NCBI RefSeq assembly: GCF_009914755.1
Contig: NC_060925.1
Source: the human T2T-CHM13v2.0 reference genome, Homo sapiens
DNA: 64,000 nt
Reading direction: 5' to 3' (one strand)
Position numbers and translations under genes: made by a program. Below are positions 33,628 through 53,198 of the stretch, in pieces. Positions within the stretch are counted from its first letter, which is position 1. Each line of letters opens with the position of its first letter. The notes under the pieces are model-generated. The model had not been told where the DNA came from and made no database searches. It saw nothing but the letters and a program-made list of their open reading frames with translations.

Positions 33628-34130
33628 CAGGACTTTTTCAGTTGCATATAATAGAAACCTAGCTCAAACTGTCTTTTTAAAAGGGAGGATTTGTTGCCTC
33701 ATTAACAGAAAACCCAGGCAGCTGAACCCAGGAGCTCAAAAAAATCTTCAGGTATGTGTCTTCTCCATTTCTTGGCATCTCTTAACTAATGTTGACTTCC
33801 ATCTCAAGTATAGGCTGTCCCCTTGAATGGCAAAGATGACCAACAGCCATCTCCAGAACTACATTTTTCAGCTTCAGTCCTCTATCCTTAATCCCGTAAT
33901 AGGAGAGAGGGCGTCTGTCCCATTTATTCCAGCAAAAGGCACTCATTGCCCCACTTGGGTGAAATGCCCATCACTAAACCAATTTTTGTCATGATTGGCC
34001 AAGATAGGATTTCAGTGCCCATCCCTGGAATTCAGGTGTGGACTAGGCCCAGTTGGAACACATGGACCAAGATGGGGAGGAGTGTTCCCCAAAGGAAAAT
34101 GGGGAGACCGTAACCAAAAGGAGGAGAGAC
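33628..34130. mobile_element. Old MLT1-type LTR
   Basis: ggactttttcagttgca...gcaaagatgacc...aaccaat motifs. Confidence 0.55.
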
Positions 34131-34317
34131 TCCCAGGAGTGTAAAAAACAATAATGGCCAAACCGCATCAATGTAGTTAAGGAGATAGTCTGATCAGTAG
34201 AGGAATTCACCAGTCAGATTGGACCACATCATTGACCTGATGAAACTATGCCTCTTGGTCCTCCAAGAAACTACTAAACACCCAAAAAGTAATGATTCAC
34301 TTATCAAATTTGCAAGG

Positions 34318-36132
<1,815 letters not shown>

Positions 36133-37369
36133 GCACTGTTTATTTCTTAAAGGATACTTTATATATTTTTTCTTTTTATTTGCCTGTATTTTTCAAGTTT
36201 TCTACAATGAACAAACATTACTTAAACATTATTTTGGAAGTCACCTGTTCTTACCTATGAAGAATATGGCCACCCCTTTATACCACATCAGGCTGCTTCA
36301 GCCTTTTGGACACCTGAGGGAAAATGCTTGATGGATGACAGATGAAGGTTAGCGACATTTCTTTTATGTCTTAAAACCTTCCCTCAATTATCCACAGAAA
36401 GTTTTTCTCATAATTGCCAGTCCTTCTTTAGACAGAATCTATCACTTCATAACATGATGCTTTTTTAAAAAGTAAAATAAAACTGGAGAACAGAACATAA
36501 ACTTGTGCTGACCCTGATATGAAAATGAATAGACAACTGGGTTTCCAGCTGCTAGTGAAGTACCAGTGCAAAAGGGATGCCCCAGCTGACCAATGCCAGA
36601 GACTGAGGTAGAAGTGCCCCCATGTCAGGCTTGCCTGTGGGAGCTGTCTGCAGGAATTCCAGCTTGCCACTTTTTGAGGTCCAAGGACACATTCTGCCTA
36701 GAGGTCCTTCAGACAAAAAGGTCTCCCTCACTGCAGGAAACAAGTGATTGTCAATGATTACTAGCTAGAGAGACAGAAAACAAGATGATGCTTCTAGGAC
36801 AACACAAATGGTACCACCTCCAGGAAGCTTTCCCTGTCTCCTTCCTGATCCCTACTACTCCCCAGATGGCATTCCTCCCCCAAGGAACCATGGCCCTGGT
36901 GCTTTCCCTGCCCTCTTAGAGCAGATGTCACCATTGATGATGTGGCAACTGGTACTGTGAGAAGACGTCACACAGACCTTCATTCACCTCCTGGCTCTGC
37001 CACTCAATTCCTGAGCCTCAGTTTCCTCAGCTGTAAAATAGAGACGGTAATCTCCACAGCACAGAGCACTGTCCCCCTCCTTGGATTCTCTTTGGGAACA
37101 GTCTGACAACCCAGTCCTTGAGCTCATATAACATGATTGTGCCCAGAGAAACTGCCTGGCTGACCAGACCACAAAGGGAGATGCACTAGGCCCAGCCCAG
37201 TGGTAGCAGGGGCACCCCCTACCTCTAAGGCCTTGCCAGTCAGACCTCCAATGAGCCACAGCCAGGGAACAAACAACCAGCACTGACGAATAATACCTCT
37301 CCCATCTCTGGACAGAGTAGTTAACAGGTAGGAGGATTACAGGACTCCAATTATTGAGGATCTATCTAG

Positions 37370-39711
<2,342 letters not shown>

Positions 39712-39879
39712 AGGTCATACAAGCTTTTTACACCACAAACTGCAGTTCTCTTTTCTGAAGCTGGAGCCTCTGGAAGTACACAGCACACCCCTAGTTCGGC
39801 ATGCCCTTCCCCCACCCCTCCTTCCGGTCCCCAGAAGCTTCAGGCTGTCAGGCCCTTGAGTAGTAACTGCTAGTGAGCC

Positions 39880-40690
39880 CACTTCGCTTCCTTGCGAGGG
39901 TACCTCGAGGATGAGAACAGTAATCGGTCGAATTCGCTAGTCGTGTCCAAACTGCGTTTAGACAGGGACAAGCAAGACAATGGAGCCGCTTTCCGGATAG
40001 GGGACGTGGATTCTACATCCTCCACCCCACGCCCCCAACCTTAAACATGCTTGCCAGCCTCAAACCTTCAAATTTTCTTTACCAAAACCCAGGCTCAGAC
40101 CTCGAGACCAGGGTCCAGCCTGTTTAAGGAGCTCCCCAGACCCCGCACTTCTAGCTGCGTTCAACCAGGCTCAGGAGGTCCTTCAAGATCTTGGCTTCCT
40201 TTTCCTGACTCCGCGCCCGGCGCGGTTAATTATAGCCCCACCCCGCGACTACCTGCTTCGCTCCCACCCGCGCGCCCAGGACCCTAGCTGCGGGACTCTA
40301 GCGGGGAAGGCACCCCCAATTCTGGGCCCTGGCGACCTTGGGTCAGGGCCAGGAAAGGCACTTCCAGCCAAGCGCTGGCGCCGGGTGCGCCTCGCTTTAC
40401 GGAAAGAACGCCCCGCGAATAAATCCGGAGCGGATTTGCATCACAGCAGCCGCGAGAAGGCTAGCTGCTGCCAAAGCTCCGAAGCTCTGGATGTCCCCAT
40501 CCCTTCCTGGTCCAGAGACGAGGGTGTGGGGGGATGGGAAATGGGGCAGTGGGGAGGAAGCTACTGCAAGGAGGGGGTGTGCACCCTGGCCTTGAAACCT
40601 GGGTGGAGGCGCAGCTAGCTAGGTGAGGAGCAGCCTCCTCCTCTAGGCCAGATCTCGAGGTGGGCCTGGGTTCTCGTGGAGGGAGATAAG
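39880..40690. promoter_or_regulatory. Small intergenic CpG island / putative regulatory element
   Basis: Abrupt CpG enrichment in non-Alu DNA; octamer ATTTGCAT at 40434-40441. Confidence 0.65.
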
Positions 40691-41067
40691 GGTAAAGGCT
40701 TTGTGTGTATGTGTGTCTTGGATTAAAGGAAACTGCCAGCCTGGAGGTGGTGAGTATAACAGCCCCCACCTCTACTGTTAAGAATCTCCCAGCTGTAGTC
40801 TCACCAGGTTCCCCCTACCTGCTCCTTCTGGGGTCCTCATATCCCTGAGGCCTGCACCTTGGTGACTACTGTGTGCTCACAGAGCACAGGCATCCTGACC
40901 TCAAGTCCTGGCCCTGGCTATACTGCTGCCCTTCAGTCATCTCACACGGCCAATCAGTGCCCGCTCTGGGCTTCCACTCACGCTGTTTCTCAATCAAGAA
41001 AGTTCTTTCCCCTTTGCATTAGCTAAAATTTTGCCCATTCTTTAAGCCCAATTTAAAAACTACCTGT

Positions 41068-41386
41068 GGCCGGGTGCAGTGACTCATGCCTGTAATCCCA
41101 GCACTTTGGGAGGCTGAGGACAGCAGATCACTTGAAATCAGGAGTTTGAGACCAGCCTGGCCAACATGGTGAAACCCTGTCTCTACTAAAAATACCAAAA
41201 TTAGCTGTGTGTGGTGGCGCATGCTTGTAACCTCAGCTACTTGGGAGGCTGACGCATGCACTTGAATCTGGGAGGCGGAAGTTGCAGTGAGCCTAGATCA
41301 CACCACTGCACTCCAACCAGGGCGACAGAGCGAGACTCCATCTCAAAAAAATAAATTAATTAAATTAAATTAAATTTAAAAAAAAA
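41068..41386 (+). mobile_element. Alu (AluS-like)
   Basis: Dimeric Alu. Confidence 0.93.
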
Positions 41387-42349
41387 TACCTATGCCATCT
41401 TCTGTGGAGCCTCTAGGAGGTCTGTGTCCCTACTTCTCTAAGCTCTTAGTATACTAAGTCCAAGCCTCTCTTTTAGCCCTGACATTTTTCTTGGTGTGTC
41501 TGCTAGTCTGTTTTCTCCATTAGGGTGCAAGCTCTCAAGAACAAGGACCACGACTGATTCAGTTCTGTGTCCTTGGTGCCAAGGGGAGTGTTGGGGACAG
41601 CAGTGGTTCTGTGTGACCCTTGGAAGGGCCTGTTCCCTCTCTGGACCTCAGACTCCTTCACCCTTCCAGTGAGGGAGCTAAATGAGATGACCCCCAGGGC
41701 TGCCTCCAGCCCTGACCCTATGAGCCAGTGACCCTATCAGCCAGTGGCTGGATTACCCAGCCTCCTTATCATAACCCAACCTTGGGCAGGGCAGAGCCGG
41801 GCTGGAATCAGGGGATCTGAAATCCTCCCACCTCCCTTGGATCAGTTAACTGAGGCAATTGTGCAAGATTGCTGGGAACCTCAAGGCAGTGAATCTGGTG
41901 TCAACACATCATGATGCTATCCCAGCTGGAAAGTCCCCCTGCCCCTGGCTCTGGAGGCCTGACAACTAGCTCCAGCTGGGGATGGTGGGGAGGGTGAACT
42001 GGCACATCCCAGAAAGTGAAGAAGCCCCCTTTACACCCCCTCCTCAACACACACACACTATCTCCAGGAACAGTGGCATAGCCCCTCAACTCCCTGAAGA
42101 CCAGTTCAGGACCATTCCACTCTCCACTCCAACCTCCTCACCCCCAGTTCAGCCCAGCTATCTCCAATCTGAGCTGAGACTACCCAGAGTTCCCAAATAG
42201 AAGGAACCTTGGTTCAGCTTTTTTCACAGCACAAAAAGCTGTCAGCCCCTATTGCACTTACGAATGGAACTCACTGCCTCTCAGGGCTGCATGGACCACT
42301 TCTTCCTGAAACTCTCATCCATGGACTTACATTTTACCTATTGAAGCCT

Positions 42350-42600
42350 CATGGAGTAATGCTAATCTGAAACCACAGCCCTCAGATTTAGACAGACTTA
42401 GTTGAGATTCCAGTTCTGTTACTCCCTAGCTGGATGATCTTAGGCATCTTATCTACCCTCCCTGGACCTCTGTTCCTTCATCTATAAAATGGGAGCAATG
42501 ATTTATACACAAAGAGTGGTGGTTGTGGGCGTAAGATTTATGAAAACACCCATCATAGGCATTGACACATTTAGGATGTCAAATGTGGGCATTATTTTTA
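42350..42600 (+). mobile_element. MIR
   Basis: cctctgttccttcatctataaaatggg core. Confidence 0.75.
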
Positions 42601-43272
42601 TTCCCTATTCCCTGCATTCTCCCCTGAAGCTGCCTGATACTTTTTCTGGAAGCTGGGAATGGAGATACCTGAAGCTAAAACTTCTCTGGACAAAAGCAGG
42701 AATATACAATCCTAAAAGCTGCACTTAAACACAATTTTAGACTTCAAAAGACAGCAAAGGAGATTTGAGGCCCAGAGATGGGATAGAACTTGCCAAAGTT
42801 CACACAGCAGGTATAAGTAGGTAGAACAGCAGGCAAGCAAGGAGAGGGAGGCAAATGGGCGTGTGAGTAGAGGTCAGGGCTGAGGTATTGAGCTGAATCC
42901 AAGGACAGACAGCTGAGCAAGAAGACCTTCAGCTGACATTGCCCCATTTCCCATGCCCAGCAGGGCCTGGCATTTGCCTGTCTTTGGAACTGCTCCTTCT
43001 GGGTTCCTGAGTTTGCAGTAGTTTCCCAGAAGTGCTAGGTAAATACCTTTGTTGTTTGCTGAATAACCAGCCCCAAAGATTGGACAAGGGTCCCCATACA
43101 AATTTTGCCTCAAGATTGGCTCCTTCTATAGAGATGATCAGCCCCCCTAGGCACAACCCCACCCAGGTGCTCTCCACAGGGTCCTCTATCAGGGCCTTGC
43201 TGGGAGCTCTGAACCCCACCACATGGAGTGGCTTCGGTGTGCATCATGTGGCTCAGGGCTTAGCACCTTTGA

Positions 43273-43924
<652 letters not shown>

Positions 43925-45543
43925 TAAGCTTATGTGTCCCAGGCTCCCTACCTCCCCTCAGTGTTCATGTGTGGACACCTTTGCCTATCCCCAGCAGGAA
44001 ATCCTCTAGTTTAGACAGCCACCTGAATGTAAGGGCTTTATTAATTGATTTCTCAAGATGTCCATTTCAAGGATATTCTAATTTTGTCATCTGGAACTCA
44101 GTAATGCCACAATTCTGAATTTCTTAGTTTCTATAACCCAGATTTTACCATGCTGGAATTCTGTGATGCTAAGATTCCATAACTGTGAACTCCATGAATC
44201 TAGAATTTCATGATTTTTTAAAATTGTGTTTAATGAATTTTGTTGGTAATAGTAGTCAGCACTCTCTTGGCCTCAGTTTTGTGTTTGTTTTCTAGAAGTT
44301 GCAAGTCTCAGCTCCAGGCTCTCTTCTCTGGGCATGCCGGTGCAGAGGAAGGTCATTTCCACCTCTCCCGAGGCTCAGGGGTTGGGATAGTACCCAGGGA
44401 AGCCCAGTCCTAGGGCCCAACACTCAGTCTACTCCCTCTCTACTGAAAACTCTTACTTGGGCTTCAGTACCTGAGGGTAGCAGGAAAAGCAGTCTCCTTT
44501 GCAGTCCTTCCACCCAGCTTCCTGTCCTCCTTGCACTGCCCCATGGTCCAGGGAGAGAAAGTTTTGTGGGAGACTGCCCTGGCTGAATGGGTAGGTGTGG
44601 GAAGAAGGGTTAAGCACTGGGCAGAGAGCCAGTGGAGGAACCAGGGGACATTCCCTAGGGAGCCCTGCAGCCTTCCCCAGAGGTGAGGAAGGAACAGAGG
44701 CCGGAAGTGGGGGTGTGGGTGAGGGCACTGGTAAGGGTGGGGTGACCGGTATTGCATTGTGGGGTTGGAGCTGGGCTTCCGGCCATTGACCTATTAGTGA
44801 CAAGCGACCTCCAGCCTGGCGCCCCAGGGGCTGTCTGTTCGTGCCCTTACCCACTGACTCTGTGTTCCTGTGCCTGAGTCAGACTCCCAGGAAAATCTCG
44901 GGGGCAGGAGTTGGGGTCTGGGGAACCTATTTCTCTAGAGCGGAGCCACAGAGGCGAAGAGAGGGGCCAGGACACTCCAAGGATCAGATCAGGGCTTGGG
45001 GCAGAACCAAGACTGAAGCTCCGGGCTCCTGCCTCTAGCCCAGAGCTGTTCTCTTCACGGTCCAAAGGGTCCCAGAATTATAAAGTAATACTCCCCCAAC
45101 TAGCCAGGTGGTGAAACTCAGGGCTAGAGGAAGAGCCCGTGCTAGGCTGCCTCCCAGGAGCAGCCTGGACCTTCTTCCAGTCCTGCAGCACATGGCTGAA
45201 GCTGCCAAACCCGATTTTCCAGTGGCTGCCTGAGGCTGGCTGGAGCGGGAAGCCCTCCTCCTGGCATGAACCCTCAGGCCATCATCCTCCTCCCCCTCAC
45301 CTCCCGATTCGGTGGCTTGGCCTGGCCTGCTCCTCCTGCACCTGTGCCAACTGTCCCAGTGTGCCACCACTTCCTTCTCCACCTGCCTGCCATCTCCCCT
45401 GGGCTGCTCCCCAGGCACTGTGAGGTGTGGTCCAGAGCTGTCCATTTCTGAGCCTCGGTTTTCTCATCTATAGATGAGGAATAGTGGCCTGCCTCCCAGG
45501 GATTGACTACAGGAAGATTTCAAAGAAAAGTGAGGTGGTAGGG

Positions 45544-45889
45544 GGCAAGCAGTAGCTCACGTCTGTAATCCCAACATTTTGGGAGGCTGAGGCGGGAGGA
45601 TCACTTGAGCCCAAGAACTGGAGTGCAGTGGCATGATCTTGGCTGCAACCTCCACTTCCCAGGTTTAAGTAATTCTCGTGCCTCAGCCTCCTGAGTAGCT
45701 GGGAGAACCTGTTTCTACAAAAAAAATGTTTTAATTATCTAGGCGTGGTGGCCTGCACCTGTAGTACCAGCTACTTGTGGGACTGAGGTGGGAGGATAGA
45801 TTGTGCCCAGGAGACTGAGGCTGCAGTGAGCTAAGGTCAGGTCACTGCACTCCAGTATGAGTGACAGAGAGAGACCCTGTCCCTAAAAA
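45544..45889 (+). mobile_element. Chimeric Alu with an inverted internal Alu segment (45618-45704)
   Basis: Left arm switches to reverse right-arm sequence, then resumes. Confidence 0.85.
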
Positions 45890-45904
45890 CTAGGCAGGGG
45901 AAAG

Positions 45905-46257
<353 letters not shown>

Positions 46258-46983
46258 TTAGTTGGATGGTGTGTTAGTGCCATGTTGGGAGCACAGCCTA
46301 GGGTGTGAGAAGGAAGCACTGCTCTGTGGAATTCTGGAGATATGGTTGTTAGGATGAAGGGTGCAAGGTAAGGGCTGTATTCCCTCTGATTTCCTCAGGT
46401 TATCTCACCTATGGGAGAAGGAAGAACAGAGAGAGGCAGAGAACATCATCGCAAACGGAGCCCCTGTTACAAGTACTCAGAGACCTCCTCACGATTTAAT
46501 GAAGAGCTTGTGTAATCTGTGTAATGTGCCTCTCACTGAGCTATAATTCCTCTGGGAAAGAACTCCCACTGCCTTGCTCACTGCTGTATCTCCAGAATTT
46601 AGTACCATCCCTGGCACATAGCAGGCACTGTTGACTGACACAGAGTTGCAGATTGAAAAGCAGAAGCAGAGGCACCTTAAGGGGTGGAGACCATCTAGGT
46701 CAGCTCAGCTAACCCAGGCCCTTCCAGCCTGAGAGCCTGGTGTTCTCAGCCACCAGGGAACTCTGGCAGGGTGGGAGAGAGTGGGCTGCACCCGCTCATC
46801 CGGGAGCCACCTAAACTGAGGTGGTGGGTGCCCTCTGGCTGCTGCTGCCTCTGGGAGCCTAGATGGGGAGGAGAATTAGGAACCTGAAGGGGGAGGGGCA
46901 GTGAAGAAGCCATCATCGCAGATACAGCTAAAAATAGCTGGAAGAGATGATGTCATCTGGTTCCCACAGCTTAGCACCCCCAT

Positions 46984-47450
46984 CATACACACACTCGAGC
47001 ACAAACACACACTCTCACAGACACAGATACACACAGACACAAGTGTGGGCATGAGTGCATGCACACACACATACTACACACTCATATAGGGGAGGGAGGC
47101 TTCTGGGTCCCAGGGCCGCAGGGGCAGGGAAGTCTGGTGAGTGTGTCTGCATGCGTGTATGTCTGTGTGTGCCTGGGTTTGCATGAGTGTGAAGGCATGT
47201 GTCTGCATCTGGGTGCTTGTGTGCTTGTGTCTGGGTGCATGCATGTTTCTGTCTGTGTTCATTTAGAGGCATGCGTATGTGTTGTTACATATATCGTGTG
47301 GGGATCTATGCATTTGTGTCTGCGTATATCTGCTTATAGTATGTGCTTGCATGCATGTGTGTGGTTGTTGCAGTATGTGTCTATGAGTTCACTTATATTT
47401 ACATGTCTGCATGTGTTTGTGAACTGTGTCATGTATCTTTATATGTATGG
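46984..47450. repeat. Degenerate (CA)n block (46984-47082) then degenerate (TG)n block (47137-47450)
   Basis: Direct reading. Confidence 0.85.
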
Positions 47451-48281
47451 CCCCTCTTGGGCCCTTGAGCATGGCCCAAGCACCTTCTAGCTTTGACTGA
47501 TGTTCAGCAACCCCCATCCCATAACCTGAGGAGCCCAGCACCGTCTGGGCATGGTGTGTCAGTGAATTCTCTGCCTCAACCCCCCTCAGGGTCCCAGTCT
47601 CTGGCAAGAGTTGGGGTAGATAGACATAAGCACAATTCACTTTCCCTTCACAGGCAGCAAAGGACATTAGCCACACTTCCTGAACCCCAGGGGGCCAGGC
47701 CACCAAAGGTCTCAGGGTTCACTCCCTTCCCTAGCCCCTTGGGAAGGTAGCCTGGAAATGCAGCCAGATCTCGGACCGGTGCAACACGTATTAGCCCATG
47801 CATGATGCAACATATTCGAGACAGAGTCCTACAAAATGTTCCCAGCGACTAAGACACAACCCCACAGAAACCCGGTTACAGCCAGTGACACATGAGCACA
47901 CACTCAGAAATCCAAATGGAAAATCCCCAGGCCAGAGAGCTTAGCACCCTCCCTACTTTCTGGGCTCAAACTCAGTCTTGCCCCACCCCTAAGCACCCCA
48001 GCTCAGCTGCCAGTTCTGGAAAACACTGACCTCAGAGAATGGTTGAAGGGCCGAAGGTAGTATGCCTTTCTCAGAATCTCACCCTTCTCCATGTTCTCCT
48101 CCTTTAGGCTGTTCCCCATCCCCCATCCCGACCTTCACTTTTCTTACCAGGGCTGATGTCCTCTCCGGCACACCCATACCCTCACAAACGCTCCTTGACA
48201 CTCACAGTCAGTCACAGAGGCACATTAAATCACAAAGGCACATTCAGCCACATCTACTGATACTCCTATTCTCCCGGCCTC

Positions 48282-48604
48282 AGACACACACACCAGCAGC
48301 TACACCTACACGCTGACCATCACAGGCACACAGAGGCACATCCACCTCACATCCACCTCATACTTGTGTACTCTCAGGGTTCAGTCTTTCATCCTATCCC
48401 TCTCTGATCTGTGCCTCCCAATACCTTCCAAGATGTTTACAGAGACCCTTCTCCCTGTGCAGTTAGGAGTGTAAGGCAAGAGAGCCCCTACTTCATGGGG
48501 CAGATCAAGAGCTGAGACCAAAGATGGTCTATGTTGCTGACCTTGTCCTGTCCTCCTGCTGTCTTAAACTATGATCCCTGCTGCGGTCACTGAAGCCTTT
48601 CCCT
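48282..48604 (+). other. TSPAN1: TSPAN1 non-coding exon 1 (start approximate)
   Basis: Donor CCT|GTAAGT at 48604|48605; joining to 53721 reproduces the recalled TSPAN1 mRNA leader. Confidence 0.75.
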
Positions 48605-48780
48605 GTAAGTATTCAGCCATAACCCTCCCCTCACGCCCTGCATAGTCAGCTGGTTAACACCTCTGTGTGGAATAAGGCAGTTTGAGCAGAATGACTGTAT
48701 TTGTTGTTCACCACCCACACGGCCCCTAGGAGATGCAGGTCCAGGGCAAACCAAGCTTCTGGGCTAGCTTCTGGGCACTT

Positions 48781-48824
48781 CTAGAGGATCAGAAAAATCC
48801 CAGGTTGCCTGAGATGTCTGAGAA
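48781..48824 (-). CDS. P3R3URF: P3R3URF exon 2 (VLRHLRQPGIFLIL*)
   Basis: Acceptor tccttcctctcctcag| at 48825; phase matches exon 1; TAG at 48783-48781; total 95 aa. Confidence 0.88.
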
Positions 48825-49032
48825 CTGAGGAGAGGAAGGAGAGGGAAGAGTTTGAGGAAGGAAGCAGTTCTGGAAGTTCCCTGCCTCTTGGATTCAGCCC
48901 CTCCCCAAACCCTCTGCTTCCAGCCAATCCATCCTCCATTAAGGCTGTCAGCACTTTGGGGTGCCTGCCATCAGGAGTCCCCCATATATGTAGGGGTGCT
49001 ATTTCACAGAGATCATCCTTTGGCATGCCTAA

Positions 49033-49369
<337 letters not shown>

Positions 49370-49420
49370 TAGTGGCTCTGTTTTTTAAAACCCCACCCTG
49401 GCTCACAGGCCCCCTGGCTA

Positions 49421-49810
<390 letters not shown>

Positions 49811-50067
49811 TCACAATCTTCTTTATTGGGTCTGGCCTAAAAGCCAGCCCAAGAGCCAGACAGCCTCAGTTTGGCCCCTTGGGAAAAGAGGCCCTAGAGG
49901 CGGAACTCACTTCCTCACTTTCTCACTTATCCATATAGTAACAATATTAACAATGTTTTTTGAGCACTTACTACGTGCCAGACACTGTGCTGAGCACTTT
50001 ACCAACGTTATCTCATTTAATCTCAGCTACTTTACAAGGATATGCCATCATTATACCTATTTATATA

Positions 50068-51049
<982 letters not shown>

Positions 51050-51267
51050 ATAAGGAAACTGGGGCTCAGTGAGGTGAAGTCACACAATTAGAGGCAGGCA
51101 GGAAGCAAATCCATGATGATCAAGATCCAAAACCCAGAGCACTTAACTCTCATTATTCTGCACTCATTCACTCAGGAAATGTTCACTGACAACTTCTTAT
51201 GTGCCAAGCACCAGGGCCATAGATGAATGTAATCTGGTCCCAATTCTTCCTGAGAATGAAACAGAAA

Positions 51268-51563
<296 letters not shown>

Positions 51564-51914
51564 TAGACCTTCTCCTTCTCCTTCCACTCCTCAGTCCCTT
51601 CTTCCTTTCCCCCTTACTCTGCTCCTCAAATGCCCCCTTCCCAACTTCATCCTCCTTTCTGTTTGTGGAGGACTCTGTGGCACCCTTAGTACCACCCTCA
51701 CAAACCTCATCTTTCCCCCATCCCCTCCTCCAGCCTCTACTCTTGCCATCCTCAGTCTTAAAATATGACCTTGCTTCCACCAACTTCTAGCAACTGTAAC
51801 TATAAACCGACCTGCCCCTGCTCCTCCTCTTCCTCAGGTCAGACCAAGGCCTCTTCCCTTGCTCTTTATGGAAGCCAGCCTTGTCTGCCTCTTTAGAGAT
51901 TCCATCAGTGTAGA

Positions 51915-52150
51915 CAGTCTGCTTGGTGGTTAAGATGTAGACTCTGGTGCCAGACTAACTGGGATTGAATCCTGGCTCTGCCACTTACAGGCTTTGTGAT
52001 CATGGCAAGTACCTGACCCTTTGGTGCTTCTATTTCCCCATATTTAAAAATGGAGATCAGAAAGTCTATCTCATGGGATGGTTGTGAAGAGGAAAAAAAG
52101 CCTTAATATATGCAAGACATTTAAAATAAGATCAGTATTATTAGTGTAGT
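51915..52150 (+). mobile_element. MIR
   Basis: gaatcctggctctgccacttac...catggcaagt core. Confidence 0.8.
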
Positions 52151-52239
52151 CTGTAATACTATTAGCCCCTCTCTCTTCTGTCTCTTCAGCTGCCTCCTTT
52201 CACTATAAAAACAAAACAAACTTAGAAATCCACTTCCTC

Positions 52240-52526
52240 AGCTAGGCACAGTGGCTGATGCCTGTAATCCCATCACTTTGGGAGGCTGAGGCAGAGGATT
52301 ACTTGAGCCCAGTTCAAGACCAGCCTGGATAGCATAGCAAGACCTCATCTGTTTAAAAAAAAAAAATTTGCTTGAGTGCCGGCAAATACCTGTGGTCCCA
52401 GCTACTTGGGAGGCTGAGGATCATTTGAGCTCAGGAGGTCAAGGCTGCAGTGAGCTGTGATGTTGCCACTACACTCCAACCTGGGCAACAGAGCAAGACC
52501 CTGTCTCAGAAAAAAAAAAAAAAAAA
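52240..52526 (+). mobile_element. Alu (AluJ-like)
   Basis: Dimeric Alu. Confidence 0.9.
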
Positions 52527-52910
52527 TCAACTTCCTCCATCTCATAGCCCCACTGCCTGTGACTCTCTCGACTTTGACCTTCTTGCTCTGTGCTCATTCC
52601 CTACTGTCCCTTCCTTCTAGAGCAGGAAGAAAATCTCATTTGAAAAGCCCAGAACTATTCTGTTACACAGAAGACCAGGAAAGAGAAGTTTAAAACCAAG
52701 TCTAAGAAAAGTCCCCAGGGTCACACAGTTCATAAGCGACAGAGCCAGGATTCCAGCACCTGGTCTGAATGACCCAGAAGCCAGGACTTTTCCCCCGCAC
52801 CTCTACATCAGGCGTGCTGGAGCAGGAAGCGGTCAGGCAGCCCCACTAGGAGTAACAAAGATGGGATCACAGAGCCTTGGAACTGGGGGTGGCTCCTTCA
52901 TGAGACCATG

Positions 52911-52924
52911 GTGCCACCTACTGG
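52911..52924 (-). promoter_or_regulatory. CTCF core motif
   Basis: CCAGTAGGTGGCAC matches CCASYAGRKGGCRS. Confidence 0.65.
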
Positions 52925-53158
52925 CAGAAAGAGAAGGGGTGTACACAGAGCGCTAAGAGAAGACTGGGAAGGAGAAAAAGAAAAAGATGGGGAAGGAGAG
53001 GAGATGGAAAGATGAAGGGAGGGGAAAAATGGGGAATGTGAGGTTTCATGGAGGGAAGAGGATTAGGAACTATTTGCTACTCGCAGGAGAGAGCGGAAGC
53101 TGCCAAATCTCAGTCATTTCCTTGAAAGTGAGTGAGAGACAGAGAAAGAGAAAGAGGG

Positions 53159-53198
53159 AGTGTGTGTGTGTGTGTGTGTGTGTTTGTGTGTGTGTGTG
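53159..53198. repeat. (GT)n microsatellite
   Basis: Direct reading. Confidence 0.95.
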
